Origin: Desulfatiglandales bacterium
GTDB taxonomy: Bacteria; Desulfobacterota; DSM-4660; Desulfatiglandales; Desulfatiglandaceae
Assembly: GCA_963666345.1 (NCBI GenBank)
Contig: OY762721.1
Coordinates: forward strand, 2,304,001 to 2,368,000
Direction of reading: 5' to 3'
Length of the DNA stretch: 64,000 nt
A program made the position numbers and the translations under genes. Of the stretch, positions 41,219 to 51,084 are shown piece after piece; within the stretch, counting starts at the first letter, position 1; each line of letters opens with the position of its first letter. The notes below the pieces were generated by a model. It was not told where the DNA came from, did no database searches, and worked only from the letters and a program-made list of their open reading frames with translations.

Positions 41219-42237
41219 TGGCTGGTAAGGAATTAAATCCGGAACGTTTGAATGGGCCCCAGAAGGCGGCCGTCTTTCTTTTGAGTATGGGGGAACATTT
41301 TTCGAACCAACTTTTTGAAGAGTTAGATGAGCAGAGCATAAAAAAAATCGGAAAATATATGTCGGAAATATCATATATCCCTTCCGATGTCTTGAATTCG
41401 GTAATGAATGAATTTGTTGTATCTTTCGAAAATTCCAATGACTTAGTAGTATCAGGAAAGGATTTTCTTGAGAAGATAGTAACCAAAACACTGGACGAAG
41501 AAACAGCAAGAGAGGTTTTTAAAATCATAGGCAAGGAAACGGGGGATGCTCCTTTCAGCGACCTGTCATATATGCCGGCACACAGCCTGAGCAAACTCAT
41601 CATGGGAGAGCATCCTCAAACTATTGCGTTAATACTTTCCTATCTTCCTGGAGGAAAGGCAGCCGAAATATTGAATATCCTTCCTGAAGAGCTTAAGTCG
41701 GATGTCGCTCTCAGGGTGGCAAATGTCGGCCAGGTTCAGGATGAATTTATAAAAGAGCTTGATCAATCAATTAAAAATAACATTTCCGCTACTAAGGTTA
41801 CAAACAGAAAATTTGACGGCATTCAGGCGTTGGCCTCTATCCTGAATGAGGTTGACGGTAAGACAGAAGAAATGGTCTTGTCATATATCGAAGATCAGAA
41901 TAGTGACCTTGCAGAGAAGATAAGACAAAAAATGTTTGTTTTTGAGGATCTTTTGGATGTTGAGGACAGAAGTTTTAGAAATATACTGCAAAATGTAGAT
42001 AATCAGCAATTAGCACAGGCCTTAAAAACATCTTCCGAGGAGCTGAAACAGAAAATATTCCGAAATTTGTCTGAAAGGGCTTCCGAAATGCTCAAGGAAG
42101 ATATCGAAGTTATGGGTCCCGTGAGATTGGCCGAGGTAGAAGTGGCTCAGCAATCTATCTTGAAAATCGCCAAGAAGCTTGAATCTGAGGGTAAAATAAT
42201 TCTTGCCGGAAAGGGGAAAGATGACATTTTTGTATAG
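41218..42237 (+). CDS. fliG: Motor switch protein
   Basis: KAAVFLL, EHPQTIA, MFVFEDL and GPVRLAEVE. Confidence 0.97.
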   Translation: MAGKELNPERLNGPQKAAVFLLSMGEHFSNQLFEELDEQSIKKIGKYMSEISYIPSDVLNSVMNEFVVSFENSNDLVVSGKDFLEKIVTKTLDEETAREVFKIIGKETGDAPFSDLSYMPAHSLSKLIMGEHPQTIALILSYLPGGKAAEILNILPEELKSDVALRVANVGQVQDEFIKELDQSIKNNISATKVTNRKFDGIQALASILNEVDGKTEEMVLSYIEDQNSDLAEKIRQKMFVFEDLLDVEDRSFRNILQNVDNQQLAQALKTSSEELKQKIFRNLSERASEMLKEDIEVMGPVRLAEVEVAQQSILKIAKKLESEGKIILAGKGKDDIFV

Positions 42238-42985
42238 CACTTCGGCTCAAATATCAAAAAGCGGGGAACCCTGGAAAAAATTTGAATTAGAATCTCTTTC
42301 CTCCGATGCTTTAACCGGAGACAGAGATAATCCGGACTTTATTCAACTGCAAACAGCTATTACAGAAAAAAATGCTTTTATTCCATTTGAAAGTGGCGAA
42401 GGTGGTCTTAAGGAAAAAATAGGAACAGAGGTTATATTGCAGGAAGCCCTGAAAAAGGCCGCTTATATAGAACAGGAGGCCTATGAGAAAGGCTTTGCCC
42501 AGGGAGAAAAGGACGGGTTGGAATTGGGAGAGAAAAGGGCTGCAAAGATTGCTGAAAATATTGAAAATATTTTGATTGAATTGAAACGGCTGAAGGAGGA
42601 AATCCCAAGAAAATATGAAAAGGAAATACTCAGCCTTATCTTTGCCATTACCAAAAAGATCGTCCACTGTGAGATCGCTTCTAATGAAACCGCCATAAAA
42701 GAAACCATCTCTGATGCGCTTAATTTCGCGGCCGAAAAAAGCGAAATTGTCTTAAGTGTCAATCCCGAAGATTTTGAGTATGTCAATAAATTGCGGAGGC
42801 AGTTTTTCTCCGAGATCAAAGACCTGAAGTCAATATCTATCAATTCGGATCTTTCTATTACCCGAGGCGGTTGCTTTTTGGAAACTTCTCATGGTGAGAT
42901 AGATTCAACCGTTGAAACTCGGCTGATGAAAATCTACCAGAATATGGAAGAACGCTTCGATGATCAAGGAGAGGCTTATTCCTGA
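42221..42985 (+). CDS. fliH: Flagellar export regulator
   Basis: AYEKGFAQGEKDG GxxxG repeats, VNPED and GGC; start 42203 or 42221. Confidence 0.92.
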   Translation: MTFLYSTSAQISKSGEPWKKFELESLSSDALTGDRDNPDFIQLQTAITEKNAFIPFESGEGGLKEKIGTEVILQEALKKAAYIEQEAYEKGFAQGEKDGLELGEKRAAKIAENIENILIELKRLKEEIPRKYEKEILSLIFAITKKIVHCEIASNETAIKETISDALNFAAEKSEIVLSVNPEDFEYVNKLRRQFFSEIKDLKSISINSDLSITRGGCFLETSHGEIDSTVETRLMKIYQNMEERFDDQGEAYS

Positions 42986-43000
42986 TATGTCCGACATGAA

Positions 43001-44368
43001 ATGGACAGTCCGAAATCAAAAGGAAGTTCCGAAATGACAGATGCCGAAATATCATGGGACAAATATCTGAACGCCGTATGCTCATGCCAGCCCGTCAGCT
43101 TGGCAGGAAAGATAGTAAAGGTCGCCGGAATTGTGGCCGAGGCGAATGGCCCCGGCCTAAGTATAGGGAGCCTTTGTGAGATAAGCATTTCGGACGGTCT
43201 CAGCATCCGGGCGGAAGTTGTAGGGTTTAACGACAAAAGGGTAATCGTGATGCCCTTCGGTGAAACGAGAGGGATAAGTCCGGGGAGCCGAATTGTAGCA
43301 TTAAGTAACAGACCAACAGTTGATGTGGGCGAGGAATACCTGGGAAGGGTCATAGATGGCCTTGGTCAACCCATTGACGGGAAAGGTATAATAAAGGGGG
43401 ATAAAAAATATCTGATCTATGGAGATCTGCTTAATCCTTTAAAAAGAGACATTATCAACGAAGCGTTGGATGTCGGGATAAGTTCCGTCAATGCGCTTCT
43501 GACTGTTGGAAAGGGCCAAAGGATCGCCATAATGGCAGGGTCCGGTGTGGGCAAGAGTGTCCTAATGGGTATGATAGCCCGATATACTTCAGCCGATGTC
43601 ATTGTTATAGCATTGATCGGAGAGCGCGGCAGAGAGGTCAGGGAATTTATCGAAAGGACCCTTGGGGAAGAAGGTCTTAAAAAATCGGTTGTCGTAGTGG
43701 CTACCTCTGACTCCCCTCCTCTGCTGAGGATAAGAGGGGCTTACGTGGCTACCACGCTGGCGGAATACTTCAGGGACAAAGGTCTGGATGTCATCCTGGT
43801 AATGGATTCAATTACCAGATTCGCCATGTCTTTAAGGGAGGTAGGTCTGGCCGCAGGGGAGCCGCCTTCTGCGAAAGGCTATACCCCGAGTGTTTTTGGG
43901 CAGATCCCAAAACTCCTTGAAAGGGCCGGAACGGTCGAGAAACAGGGCAGTATTACAGGCATATATAACGTGTTGGCTGAAGGCGATGACATGAATGACC
44001 CTATAGCCGACTGTGTCCGATCCATAACAGATGGACATATCGTGCTGTCGCGCAGTCTTGCCGATAGAGGTCATTATCCGGCTGTGGATGTATTGGCAAG
44101 TATCAGCAGGGTAATGACGGATATTATAGAACCGGAACACTATGACAATGCCAGACGATTGATCCAGGTTCTTTCCACTTACATGGGGGCGGAGGATCTT
44201 ATCAGAATAGGGGCCTATGTGGATGGCAGCGATCCGGACATAGACATGGCCAGAAAGCTTATAGGGAAAATTAATGCATTCCTTCAGCAGGGTATCTCCC
44301 AGAAGGTGAGCTTAAAAGAAAGTGTGGCTCTTTTGAAGGGGCTGTTTGCGGATCGGATTGACCAGTGA
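43001..44368 (+). CDS. fliI: Flagellar export ATPase
   Basis: AGSGVGKS, IGERGREV, MDSITRF and DGHIVLSR. Confidence 0.97.
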   Translation: MDSPKSKGSSEMTDAEISWDKYLNAVCSCQPVSLAGKIVKVAGIVAEANGPGLSIGSLCEISISDGLSIRAEVVGFNDKRVIVMPFGETRGISPGSRIVALSNRPTVDVGEEYLGRVIDGLGQPIDGKGIIKGDKKYLIYGDLLNPLKRDIINEALDVGISSVNALLTVGKGQRIAIMAGSGVGKSVLMGMIARYTSADVIVIALIGERGREVREFIERTLGEEGLKKSVVVVATSDSPPLLRIRGAYVATTLAEYFRDKGLDVILVMDSITRFAMSLREVGLAAGEPPSAKGYTPSVFGQIPKLLERAGTVEKQGSITGIYNVLAEGDDMNDPIADCVRSITDGHIVLSRSLADRGHYPAVDVLASISRVMTDIIEPEHYDNARRLIQVLSTYMGAEDLIRIGAYVDGSDPDIDMARKLIGKINAFLQQGISQKVSLKESVALLKGLFADRIDQ

Positions 44369-44808
44369 GAAGATTTTCCTTCAGGCTCGAAAATATACTT
44401 AAATATCGAAATCATATGGAAAAAAAAGCGCAGAAAGACTTGCTGGATGCCAGGAATGAGTATTTGGAAAGGGAGAACGAAGTTGAGGGACTTGCCAGTA
44501 AAAGAATAGACAGCATAACCAAATGCAGGAATGAGGCTATAAGGGGAGTGAATGTACCCATCTATAAACTCTATCAGGTATTTCTGCAAAAACTGGATCA
44601 TGATCTTGAACAGGCTCATATGCGCCTTCAGAAAGGAAAAGAGAAGGTAGAGGCACGGGCGGAAATATTAAAGGGGGAATCGATAAAAAAACGGGCATTA
44701 GAGACTTTAAAGGATTTGCAGTTAAGAAATTTCACAAAAGACATGGAGCAAGAGGAGCAAAAGTCTATGGATGAAATGATTGCCATAAGAAAGGGCGGGG
44801 AAAAATGA
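44365..44808 (+). CDS. fliJ: Flagellar export protein
   Basis: FSFRLENILKYR...EQKSMDE coiled coil following fliI. Confidence 0.92.
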   Translation: MRRFSFRLENILKYRNHMEKKAQKDLLDARNEYLERENEVEGLASKRIDSITKCRNEAIRGVNVPIYKLYQVFLQKLDHDLEQAHMRLQKGKEKVEARAEILKGESIKKRALETLKDLQLRNFTKDMEQEEQKSMDEMIAIRKGGEK

Positions 44809-45416
44809 AACTGCTGATTCAGACTCTTCTGACCTCTCTGATCATGGTAAAAATAGTCTTAGGGTCCCTTTTCATTTACCAGATCGAATTCGCTCCAATA
44901 TTCACGGAACCTATTGCCATAGCCTCTGAAATCCAAAAAGTTCCAGAAGGAGCGATAAAGGTCGTGGAAAAAAATCCGGATACTGTCCTGTCCGCCCCTG
45001 CCGGAGAAACAGGCGAATTTCAATCAGGCGGGGAAGAGACGATCGATTTGAGTTTGCTAAAGAAACAAAGAGAGGGGCTTAAGGAAAAGGAACGGTATCT
45101 TGAAAAAAGAGAGAGACAGCTTGTTGCCCTTCAGTCGGAGATAAACGATAAGATAGATATCCTCACTCGGTTGAGGAATGAGATAAGGGCAGAAATAGCC
45201 AAGAAAAAGACAGATGAAGAGAAGAAGATCAGACACCTCATAAAGATATACTCCGCCATGAAACCAATGAAGGCGGCAGGCTTGCTTGAAAAGATCGACA
45301 TAAAACTTGCGATTGAACTGCTTTCAAAGATGAAAGGCGATACGGTTGGAAGCATCCTCTCATTTGTTGATGTGGAGAAGGCCGCTAAAATAAGTGAGGG
45401 CCTTCTCAAAAAATAG
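44805..45416 (+). CDS. MotE/YlxF/FlbB-like protein (MgtE N-terminal-like domain)
   Basis: N-terminal TM, coiled coil, LIKIYSAMKPMKAAGLL...ILS...AAKIS. Confidence 0.8.
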   Translation: MKLLIQTLLTSLIMVKIVLGSLFIYQIEFAPIFTEPIAIASEIQKVPEGAIKVVEKNPDTVLSAPAGETGEFQSGGEETIDLSLLKKQREGLKEKERYLEKRERQLVALQSEINDKIDILTRLRNEIRAEIAKKKTDEEKKIRHLIKIYSAMKPMKAAGLLEKIDIKLAIELLSKMKGDTVGSILSFVDVEKAAKISEGLLKK

Positions 45417-45637
45417 GCTTTCAGGAAGGCAGGGCTCAAAGTCTCAGCATGAACCGGCTAATGGTTGCATTTTTTTATGGATAGATCAAAAAGAATTCGT
45501 ATTCGCAACTATGTCCCACAGGCGGAATCTTTTTGCCGTCTATTCAAAGGTAACGGGCCTGAATGCTATTATTGCATGGGCCTTTATCTTGGTTGATGAT
45601 ATCGTTGAGATGGAAAAGGCTGAAATAGGAGATGAAA

Positions 45638-45829
45638 TCAGATATAGAGATCTATAAATACCCCTTTTTCCCGGAATCTATCGGATTCATGTCCTCCAGT
45701 ATTGTCAGGGGCAACAAAATCTGGCGTTTTTTGAACGGGCAGGTCGTTGGTCGGACTTTTTTGAAGCGCGACATCTTTTGACGGGACGATTACCGTTAAT
45801 GGCCAAACATTACCGATCCCCACAGTCAT
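45638..45829 (-). CDS. Small hypothetical protein (63 aa) ending KGVFIDLYI
   Basis: AAGGAGG RBS before ATG 45829; divergent from fliK. Confidence 0.65.
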   Translation of the reverse strand: MTVGIGNVWPLTVIVPSKDVALQKSPTNDLPVQKTPDFVAPDNTGGHESDRFREKGVFIDLYI

Positions 45830-46032
45830 TTCTAGTCGCCTCCTTTTCAAAGATTACAATTTTTATCATAATGGATATCAGATATCAACTGGCGGACAGG
45901 GAAATATTTTCCTTGCGGATCCGTTTTTGTGGGTAAATTATTTCCCTTTAAATATTTTCACCTTTTGAATTCCATCAGGATTGCTGCCTTAAGACTTTGT
46001 ATTGATTGATTTTTCCGATAGCCCCTCCCTTT

Positions 46033-46048
46033 TGGTACGACCCTTGCT
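46033..46048 (+). promoter_or_regulatory. sigma54 promoter of fliK-flgD-flgE
   Basis: TGGTACGACCCTTGCT; variant boxes GGGAAATATTTTCC (45899) and GGTAAATTATTTCC (45932) upstream. Confidence 0.8.
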
Positions 46049-46096
46049 ATTACATTGTACAAATCCTCCCTAAAAAAAGGATCGGTAAAGAATTAA

Positions 46097-47791
46097 ATGA
46101 TGAGCCCTATGATCTTACAAAATGTTTTATTGCCGATTAATTGCCTGAGACACAACCTTGAGGTCGAATCAAGGTCGGTGAAAGGCGTGGGGGATTTTTT
46201 GGCCTCTATCAAAGAATCTCTGGATATGAAACAGGAAAGCTCCTTTTGCGACTCCACCAGGTTGATTCAAGGGAGACCGGCTTCGGAAAAAGGATATAAA
46301 TCCTATGTCGAATCTCTTAAAAACAGCCTCCTGGCCGGGGGAAAACCTCTAACCTCGCTATCTTTGAAAGGCAAAGAATCTTTTGTTCTGAAAAAATTTC
46401 TTTTTCATTGCGGTTTTTCTAGGGAAGGCATTGAAAAAATTCTAGAGGGTCTTGCAGATAACAATCCCAAGGGGGAGATCGATCTGTCTCAATTTCTCAA
46501 TAAGGTGGCTGAATTTGAACCTCACAAAAAAAAGGCAAGTCAACCGGCCTCGTTGGATATTTCGGTTGTTCCCTATGTCGAATCGATATTGAGATCTTTC
46601 GGACTTTCACCAAAAGAACTGGGCCATGCATTTAGTTCCGCGAAGACTGAATGCGGCAATCTCGATCTAAAAAGATTTGTCATAGAATTAAAGCAGATCA
46701 ACAATCAGATAAAGCAAGCAGATCCGGAAAAGTCTGCTGTCGACGCTACTATTGATCGAGATATGTTTGTTAAGGTCTTGAGAAAAATCGAAGGGGCAGG
46801 GATTCGAATTCCTGACAAGGAAACAGGTGCGCAGATTACAATCAAGGACCTGATTACGGCACTCGAACGGATAACGGGAGATGGGGGCGAAGGAGGTCAA
46901 TTACCAGGGGATCTTAAAACTACAATCGACCAGATAGTTGAAAAAGCGGCTGTTCCCGCAGAAATGGAGGAGTCAGTTTCTCCTCTGCAAACATCATCTA
47001 AACTGAGATTAGCCGCCTTATATTCGCATGAAATAACAGATAAAAGAAATGGGGTCTCAGAAAAAACAAGTTTCCCATCAATATCGGAAGAGAGAAATAT
47101 CTCGGCTGGAAATGATACCGCCTTATCGGTTTCGAACAAGAAAGACAAAACAGGGGCAAGGGAAAATATCCTGACCCTAATTGATAAAAATCCTTCCGTG
47201 GATGCCGAAAATGGACAGGAAAAATCAAAAGCGCCTTTTCCCTTAAGAAGCGCCGAATCATTTCCCGGTTCGGATATCCCATCCGGTGCTGCGAATTTTT
47301 CCTCCTCGGATATGGTCAATAGCGCCAAACAAGAGTCAAAAATGACGCGCGAGCCATTACCTGCCTATTTGCTCAATCAAGTGGGAAGGCAGATATCCAG
47401 GTCTATACTTAGAGGTGAGAGTGTCGTCAAGTTGCAATTGCACCCCCCGGAGTTGGGTGGCGTGAAGGTCGATATGGATATTAACGGCAGAACCCTAAAG
47501 CTCGGGATGATAATTGAGAATAGTTCGGTAAAGGAACTTCTGCTGTCAAGTGCCCATGAACTGAAACAGGCACTGGTGGAACAGGGGATAAAGCTTGATA
47601 AATTGGACGTTCAGGTCAATTACGATTCCGGGCACTCCTTGAATAACTCGAATGAATCTTCAGGCCGGAAACAGAGTCGGGGCAAGGAGGCAAACTGGAT
47701 TTCATCAATTGAAGAAAGTATTTCGGAAGAATCAAAAATTATGCAGCGGATTATGTTAAGAGGCGATCGTTTGGTGGATTTATTGGCATAA
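46097..47791 (+). CDS. fliK: Hook-length control protein
   Basis: C-terminal LQLHPPELGGVKV...LKQALVEQG domain; precedes flgD. Confidence 0.92.
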   Translation: MMSPMILQNVLLPINCLRHNLEVESRSVKGVGDFLASIKESLDMKQESSFCDSTRLIQGRPASEKGYKSYVESLKNSLLAGGKPLTSLSLKGKESFVLKKFLFHCGFSREGIEKILEGLADNNPKGEIDLSQFLNKVAEFEPHKKKASQPASLDISVVPYVESILRSFGLSPKELGHAFSSAKTECGNLDLKRFVIELKQINNQIKQADPEKSAVDATIDRDMFVKVLRKIEGAGIRIPDKETGAQITIKDLITALERITGDGGEGGQLPGDLKTTIDQIVEKAAVPAEMEESVSPLQTSSKLRLAALYSHEITDKRNGVSEKTSFPSISEERNISAGNDTALSVSNKKDKTGARENILTLIDKNPSVDAENGQEKSKAPFPLRSAESFPGSDIPSGAANFSSSDMVNSAKQESKMTREPLPAYLLNQVGRQISRSILRGESVVKLQLHPPELGGVKVDMDINGRTLKLGMIIENSSVKELLLSSAHELKQALVEQGIKLDKLDVQVNYDSGHSLNNSNESSGRKQSRGKEANWISSIEESISEESKIMQRIMLRGDRLVDLLA

Positions 47792-47943
47792 AAATGAAAT
47801 TTCCCGGCTTTAAGCCGGAGAACCGAGTATAGGCCCCAGTCGAACCAAAACGATCATGAGCGTTTAGCCCTGCCGTTCATACCTGCAGCGCAACGTAACC
47901 AAACAGAATATTACGGCCGAGGAGAATTAGGAAAGGAGTTGAT

Positions 47944-48615
47944 ATGTATATAGATACGATCGGGACAACTTACGGAGACACATTATCTTCCGCCACGTCA
48001 GCCGATGATCTCGGGAGGGAAGATTTTCTGACGTTACTTGTAGCCCAACTGGAGCATCAGGATCCCTTGAACCCTCTTGAGAGTACGGAATTCACGTCTC
48101 AATTGGCCCAATACAGCAGCCTTGAGCAGCTTTTTAGCGTCAACCAGAATCTTGAGTCGATAAATTCAGATCAACAGGAAGCATCCAAGTTGCAGTCTCT
48201 TGATCTTATCGGAAAACAGATCGTGGCTGAAGGCGAAACCCTGTTATTAGAACAGGGGGAAACTTCCATGGGAAGCTTTAATCTGGATGAGGTGGCTGAA
48301 TGCAGTGTGCTGATAACAGACGCAGACGGTTATTACGTCAGGGAAATATCGCTTGATTACCTTGACCCGGGGTTACATGATTTTGAGTGGGACGGCCGTG
48401 ATGATTCGGGAAACATGCAGGAGTCAGGTTCTTACAATTTCGAGATCATAGCCGTGAATGAGGAAGGTAATATCCTTTCCGTGGACAAAATGATCACGGG
48501 TAAAGTAACCGGGGTGGACTTGGGAGGGGCGACTCCCATCCTCTACATGGGCGAAATTCCCATAGGCCTGTCACAGATCGTGGATATCAGTTCCCCTGAA
48601 TCCGAGGCGATATAA
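47944..48615 (+). CDS. flgD: Hook capping protein
   Basis: DFLTLLVAQLEHQDPLNP...QLAQYSSLEQ and WDGRD. Confidence 0.97.
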   Translation: MYIDTIGTTYGDTLSSATSADDLGREDFLTLLVAQLEHQDPLNPLESTEFTSQLAQYSSLEQLFSVNQNLESINSDQQEASKLQSLDLIGKQIVAEGETLLLEQGETSMGSFNLDEVAECSVLITDADGYYVREISLDYLDPGLHDFEWDGRDDSGNMQESGSYNFEIIAVNEEGNILSVDKMITGKVTGVDLGGATPILYMGEIPIGLSQIVDISSPESEAI

Positions 48616-48665
48616 ACGAGACAAACCAAGCTCACAATTAGTACCAAGAAAAGGAGGATAAAAGG

Positions 48666-50078
48666 ATGGCACTATCAAGCGCACTCTTTTCAGGAATCAG
48701 CGGGCTCGGCACCCTTGGAAATGCCATGCAGATCATCGGTGATAATATCTCCAATGTAAACACGGTAGGATTTAAGAGCAGCCAGTTTACCTTTCAGGAT
48801 CTCCTGAGTCAGTCTGTCGCTACCCAGTCAGGGACATCACAGATAGGAAGGGGAACCGCCATCGGGGATATTTACGCCTCTTTTGAGCAGGGCTCCTTTG
48901 AGACTACCGGCAGCAACACTGATCTTGCAATCGGCGGCGAAGGATTTTTTGTTTTAAGGGAGGCCGGAAGCGAAAGTCTCAGTTACACGAGAGCCGGCAA
49001 TTTTCGCCTTGATAAGGATGGTTACCTGACAAATCCTGAAGGCTATATTGTTCAAGGATGGGAGCTGGATGCGAACGCGGACGACGTCGGCTCGGTTACC
49101 GATGTTTGCCTGAGTTCTTTTACCTCACCACCTCAAGAGTCCCAGGAGGTTGAGATTATCGTCAACCTCGATTCAGATGGCGGTGATAATTCCGCGGGAG
49201 CGGATGATTCTCTGTCCAGTACATGGGACGGAACGAATAGCACCCCTCTTGGCGAGACCTCTTATGAATACCAGACAACATTGAAGGTTTATGATTCCCT
49301 GGGAAGTACTCATGATATTACCCTTTATTTTGATAAGGCCGATACCGGATCGGCCTATGAGTTTATAATCACCTGCAATGCGGGCGAAGATAAAAGAACC
49401 GGTGCCTCCGGAAATCAATGGGCCGGATTGCTTGGAAGGGGTCTGATTCATTTCAACTCCGGCTCCGGAGTCATAAATGATATCGATATGTGGCAGATAA
49501 ACCCTGCCACAGGTGCCTCGGTAGCTCAGACAGAGGCAGGTGACCTGACAGAAGGGTTTTTCACTTTTGAGTCGGACTTTATTTCAGGGAGCCCTATGAA
49601 TATCGCACTCGATTTTGGTTCACATTATGATGGAACCAGTTGGATGAATAATTCCCTGTCTACAACGCAGTTTGCAAGGTCATCAACTACCACATTCCAA
49701 TCAAGCGATGGTTATGGAGCCGGTGATCTGCAGGATATAAATGTGGATGTGGACGGCGTTGTAACTGGGACATACTCCAACGGACAGGTATTACCCCTTT
49801 ATCGGGTTGCATTGGCCAAGTTCCAGAACAACCTGGGATTGTATAAGGAGGGTGGAAATCTTTACAAGGAAACAAGAACAAGCGGGGCGGCCACCACGAG
49901 CAGTCCGGGAACTAACGGCCTCGGCAGTCTGGCTCCCAATTCTCTTGAGCAATCCAATGTCGATATCGCCAACGAGTTTGTCAGAATGATCACGACACAA
50001 AGGGGATTCCAGGCCAATTCCAAGATTATCACGGTAACAGACCAGATGCTTGCGGATCTCATCAATCTGAAGAGGTAG
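48666..50078 (+). CDS. flgE: Hook protein
   Basis: GDNISNVNTVGFK, YTRAGNF, YDSLG and LEQSNVD...QRGFQANSK. Confidence 0.97.
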   Translation: MALSSALFSGISGLGTLGNAMQIIGDNISNVNTVGFKSSQFTFQDLLSQSVATQSGTSQIGRGTAIGDIYASFEQGSFETTGSNTDLAIGGEGFFVLREAGSESLSYTRAGNFRLDKDGYLTNPEGYIVQGWELDANADDVGSVTDVCLSSFTSPPQESQEVEIIVNLDSDGGDNSAGADDSLSSTWDGTNSTPLGETSYEYQTTLKVYDSLGSTHDITLYFDKADTGSAYEFIITCNAGEDKRTGASGNQWAGLLGRGLIHFNSGSGVINDIDMWQINPATGASVAQTEAGDLTEGFFTFESDFISGSPMNIALDFGSHYDGTSWMNNSLSTTQFARSSTTTFQSSDGYGAGDLQDINVDVDGVVTGTYSNGQVLPLYRVALAKFQNNLGLYKEGGNLYKETRTSGAATTSSPGTNGLGSLAPNSLEQSNVDIANEFVRMITTQRGFQANSKIITVTDQMLADLINLKR

Positions 50079-50085
50079 TCGGTGA

Positions 50086-50117
50086 GAGGCGGGTGTCAAG
50101 AAGCTGACGCTCGCCTC
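50086..50117 (+). terminator. Hairpin after flgE, also containing GTCA-N6-TGAC at 50095-50108
   Basis: GAGGCGGGTGTCA-AGAAGC-TGACGCTCGCCTC. Confidence 0.55.
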
Positions 50118-50252
50118 ATTCCTTGACGCAGCTTCAATTTTAAAAATCCAAAATTTAAAGATATGCCATCGGTCATAAAGATGCACCGCCATATCTATCT
50201 GTAACATCTCACCTTTTACCCTTCAGAAATATAGCCCTCTTATCAATCCAAA

Positions 50253-50268
50253 TGGCACAAAGATTGCT
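50253..50268 (+). promoter_or_regulatory. sigma54 promoter of motA operon
   Basis: TGGCACAAAGATTGCT. Confidence 0.85.
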
Positions 50269-50322
50269 GTATATCCGTGAAGAATGTCAGCATCAGTTCA
50301 ACGAAAAGCTTGAGGAGACTTT

Positions 50323-51081
50323 ATGGATATTGCCACGGTTTTAGGCGTTATATCTGCATTCGGCCTTGTATCGGTTGCTATTTTCATGGGCGGTGGGATT
50401 CAGCTGTTTATAAATATTCCTTCATTGATGATAGTCGTTGGCGGCACCCTCGGGACGACGATGATTAATTATCCCTTAAAGGAGGTATTCGGTGTCTTAA
50501 GCGTTGTCAAAAAGGCCTTTCTTTCAAAGAAGGTCTCCGCAGACGATCTCATCAAAAAGTTCCTGAATTTTGCCGTTAAAGCCCGCAAAGAGGGCATTTT
50601 GTCATTAGAAAACGAAATTAAGGACGTTAATGATGAATTTCTGAAAAAGGGAGTGCAGTTATCCATCGACGGATTGGAACCCCAGGAGATCGGCGGTCTC
50701 CTGGAGACGGAGCTCGAATTCATCAAGGCCAGGCACCAGTTAGGGGCGGAAATCTTTACCACCATGGGGACATTCGCCCCTGCCCTCGGCATGATCGGAA
50801 CCCTTATCGGATTAGTCCAGATGCTCCAGAGCATGGATGATCCCAGTACCATAGGCCCGGCAATGGCAGTGGCGCTGCTTACGACCTTCTATGGCTCCAT
50901 CCTGGCCAATATCGTTTGTATGCCCATAGCGGGAAAGCTCAGAACCAGAAGCAATGAAGAGTCTTTGCTGAAGGAGCTGACGATTCAAGGAGTATTGTCC
51001 CTTTCAAATGGCGATAATCCGAGGATCCTTGAACAGAAGCTCCATGCCTTTATTTCCCCTAATCAGAGGGAGTCTTATTAG
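50323..51081 (+). CDS. motA: Stator A subunit (PomA/MotP-like)
   Basis: ARKEGILSLE, APALGMIGTLIGLVQML and ALLTTFYG. Confidence 0.96.
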   Translation: MDIATVLGVISAFGLVSVAIFMGGGIQLFINIPSLMIVVGGTLGTTMINYPLKEVFGVLSVVKKAFLSKKVSADDLIKKFLNFAVKARKEGILSLENEIKDVNDEFLKKGVQLSIDGLEPQEIGGLLETELEFIKARHQLGAEIFTTMGTFAPALGMIGTLIGLVQMLQSMDDPSTIGPAMAVALLTTFYGSILANIVCMPIAGKLRTRSNEESLLKELTIQGVLSLSNGDNPRILEQKLHAFISPNQRESY

Positions 51082-51084
51082 ACA

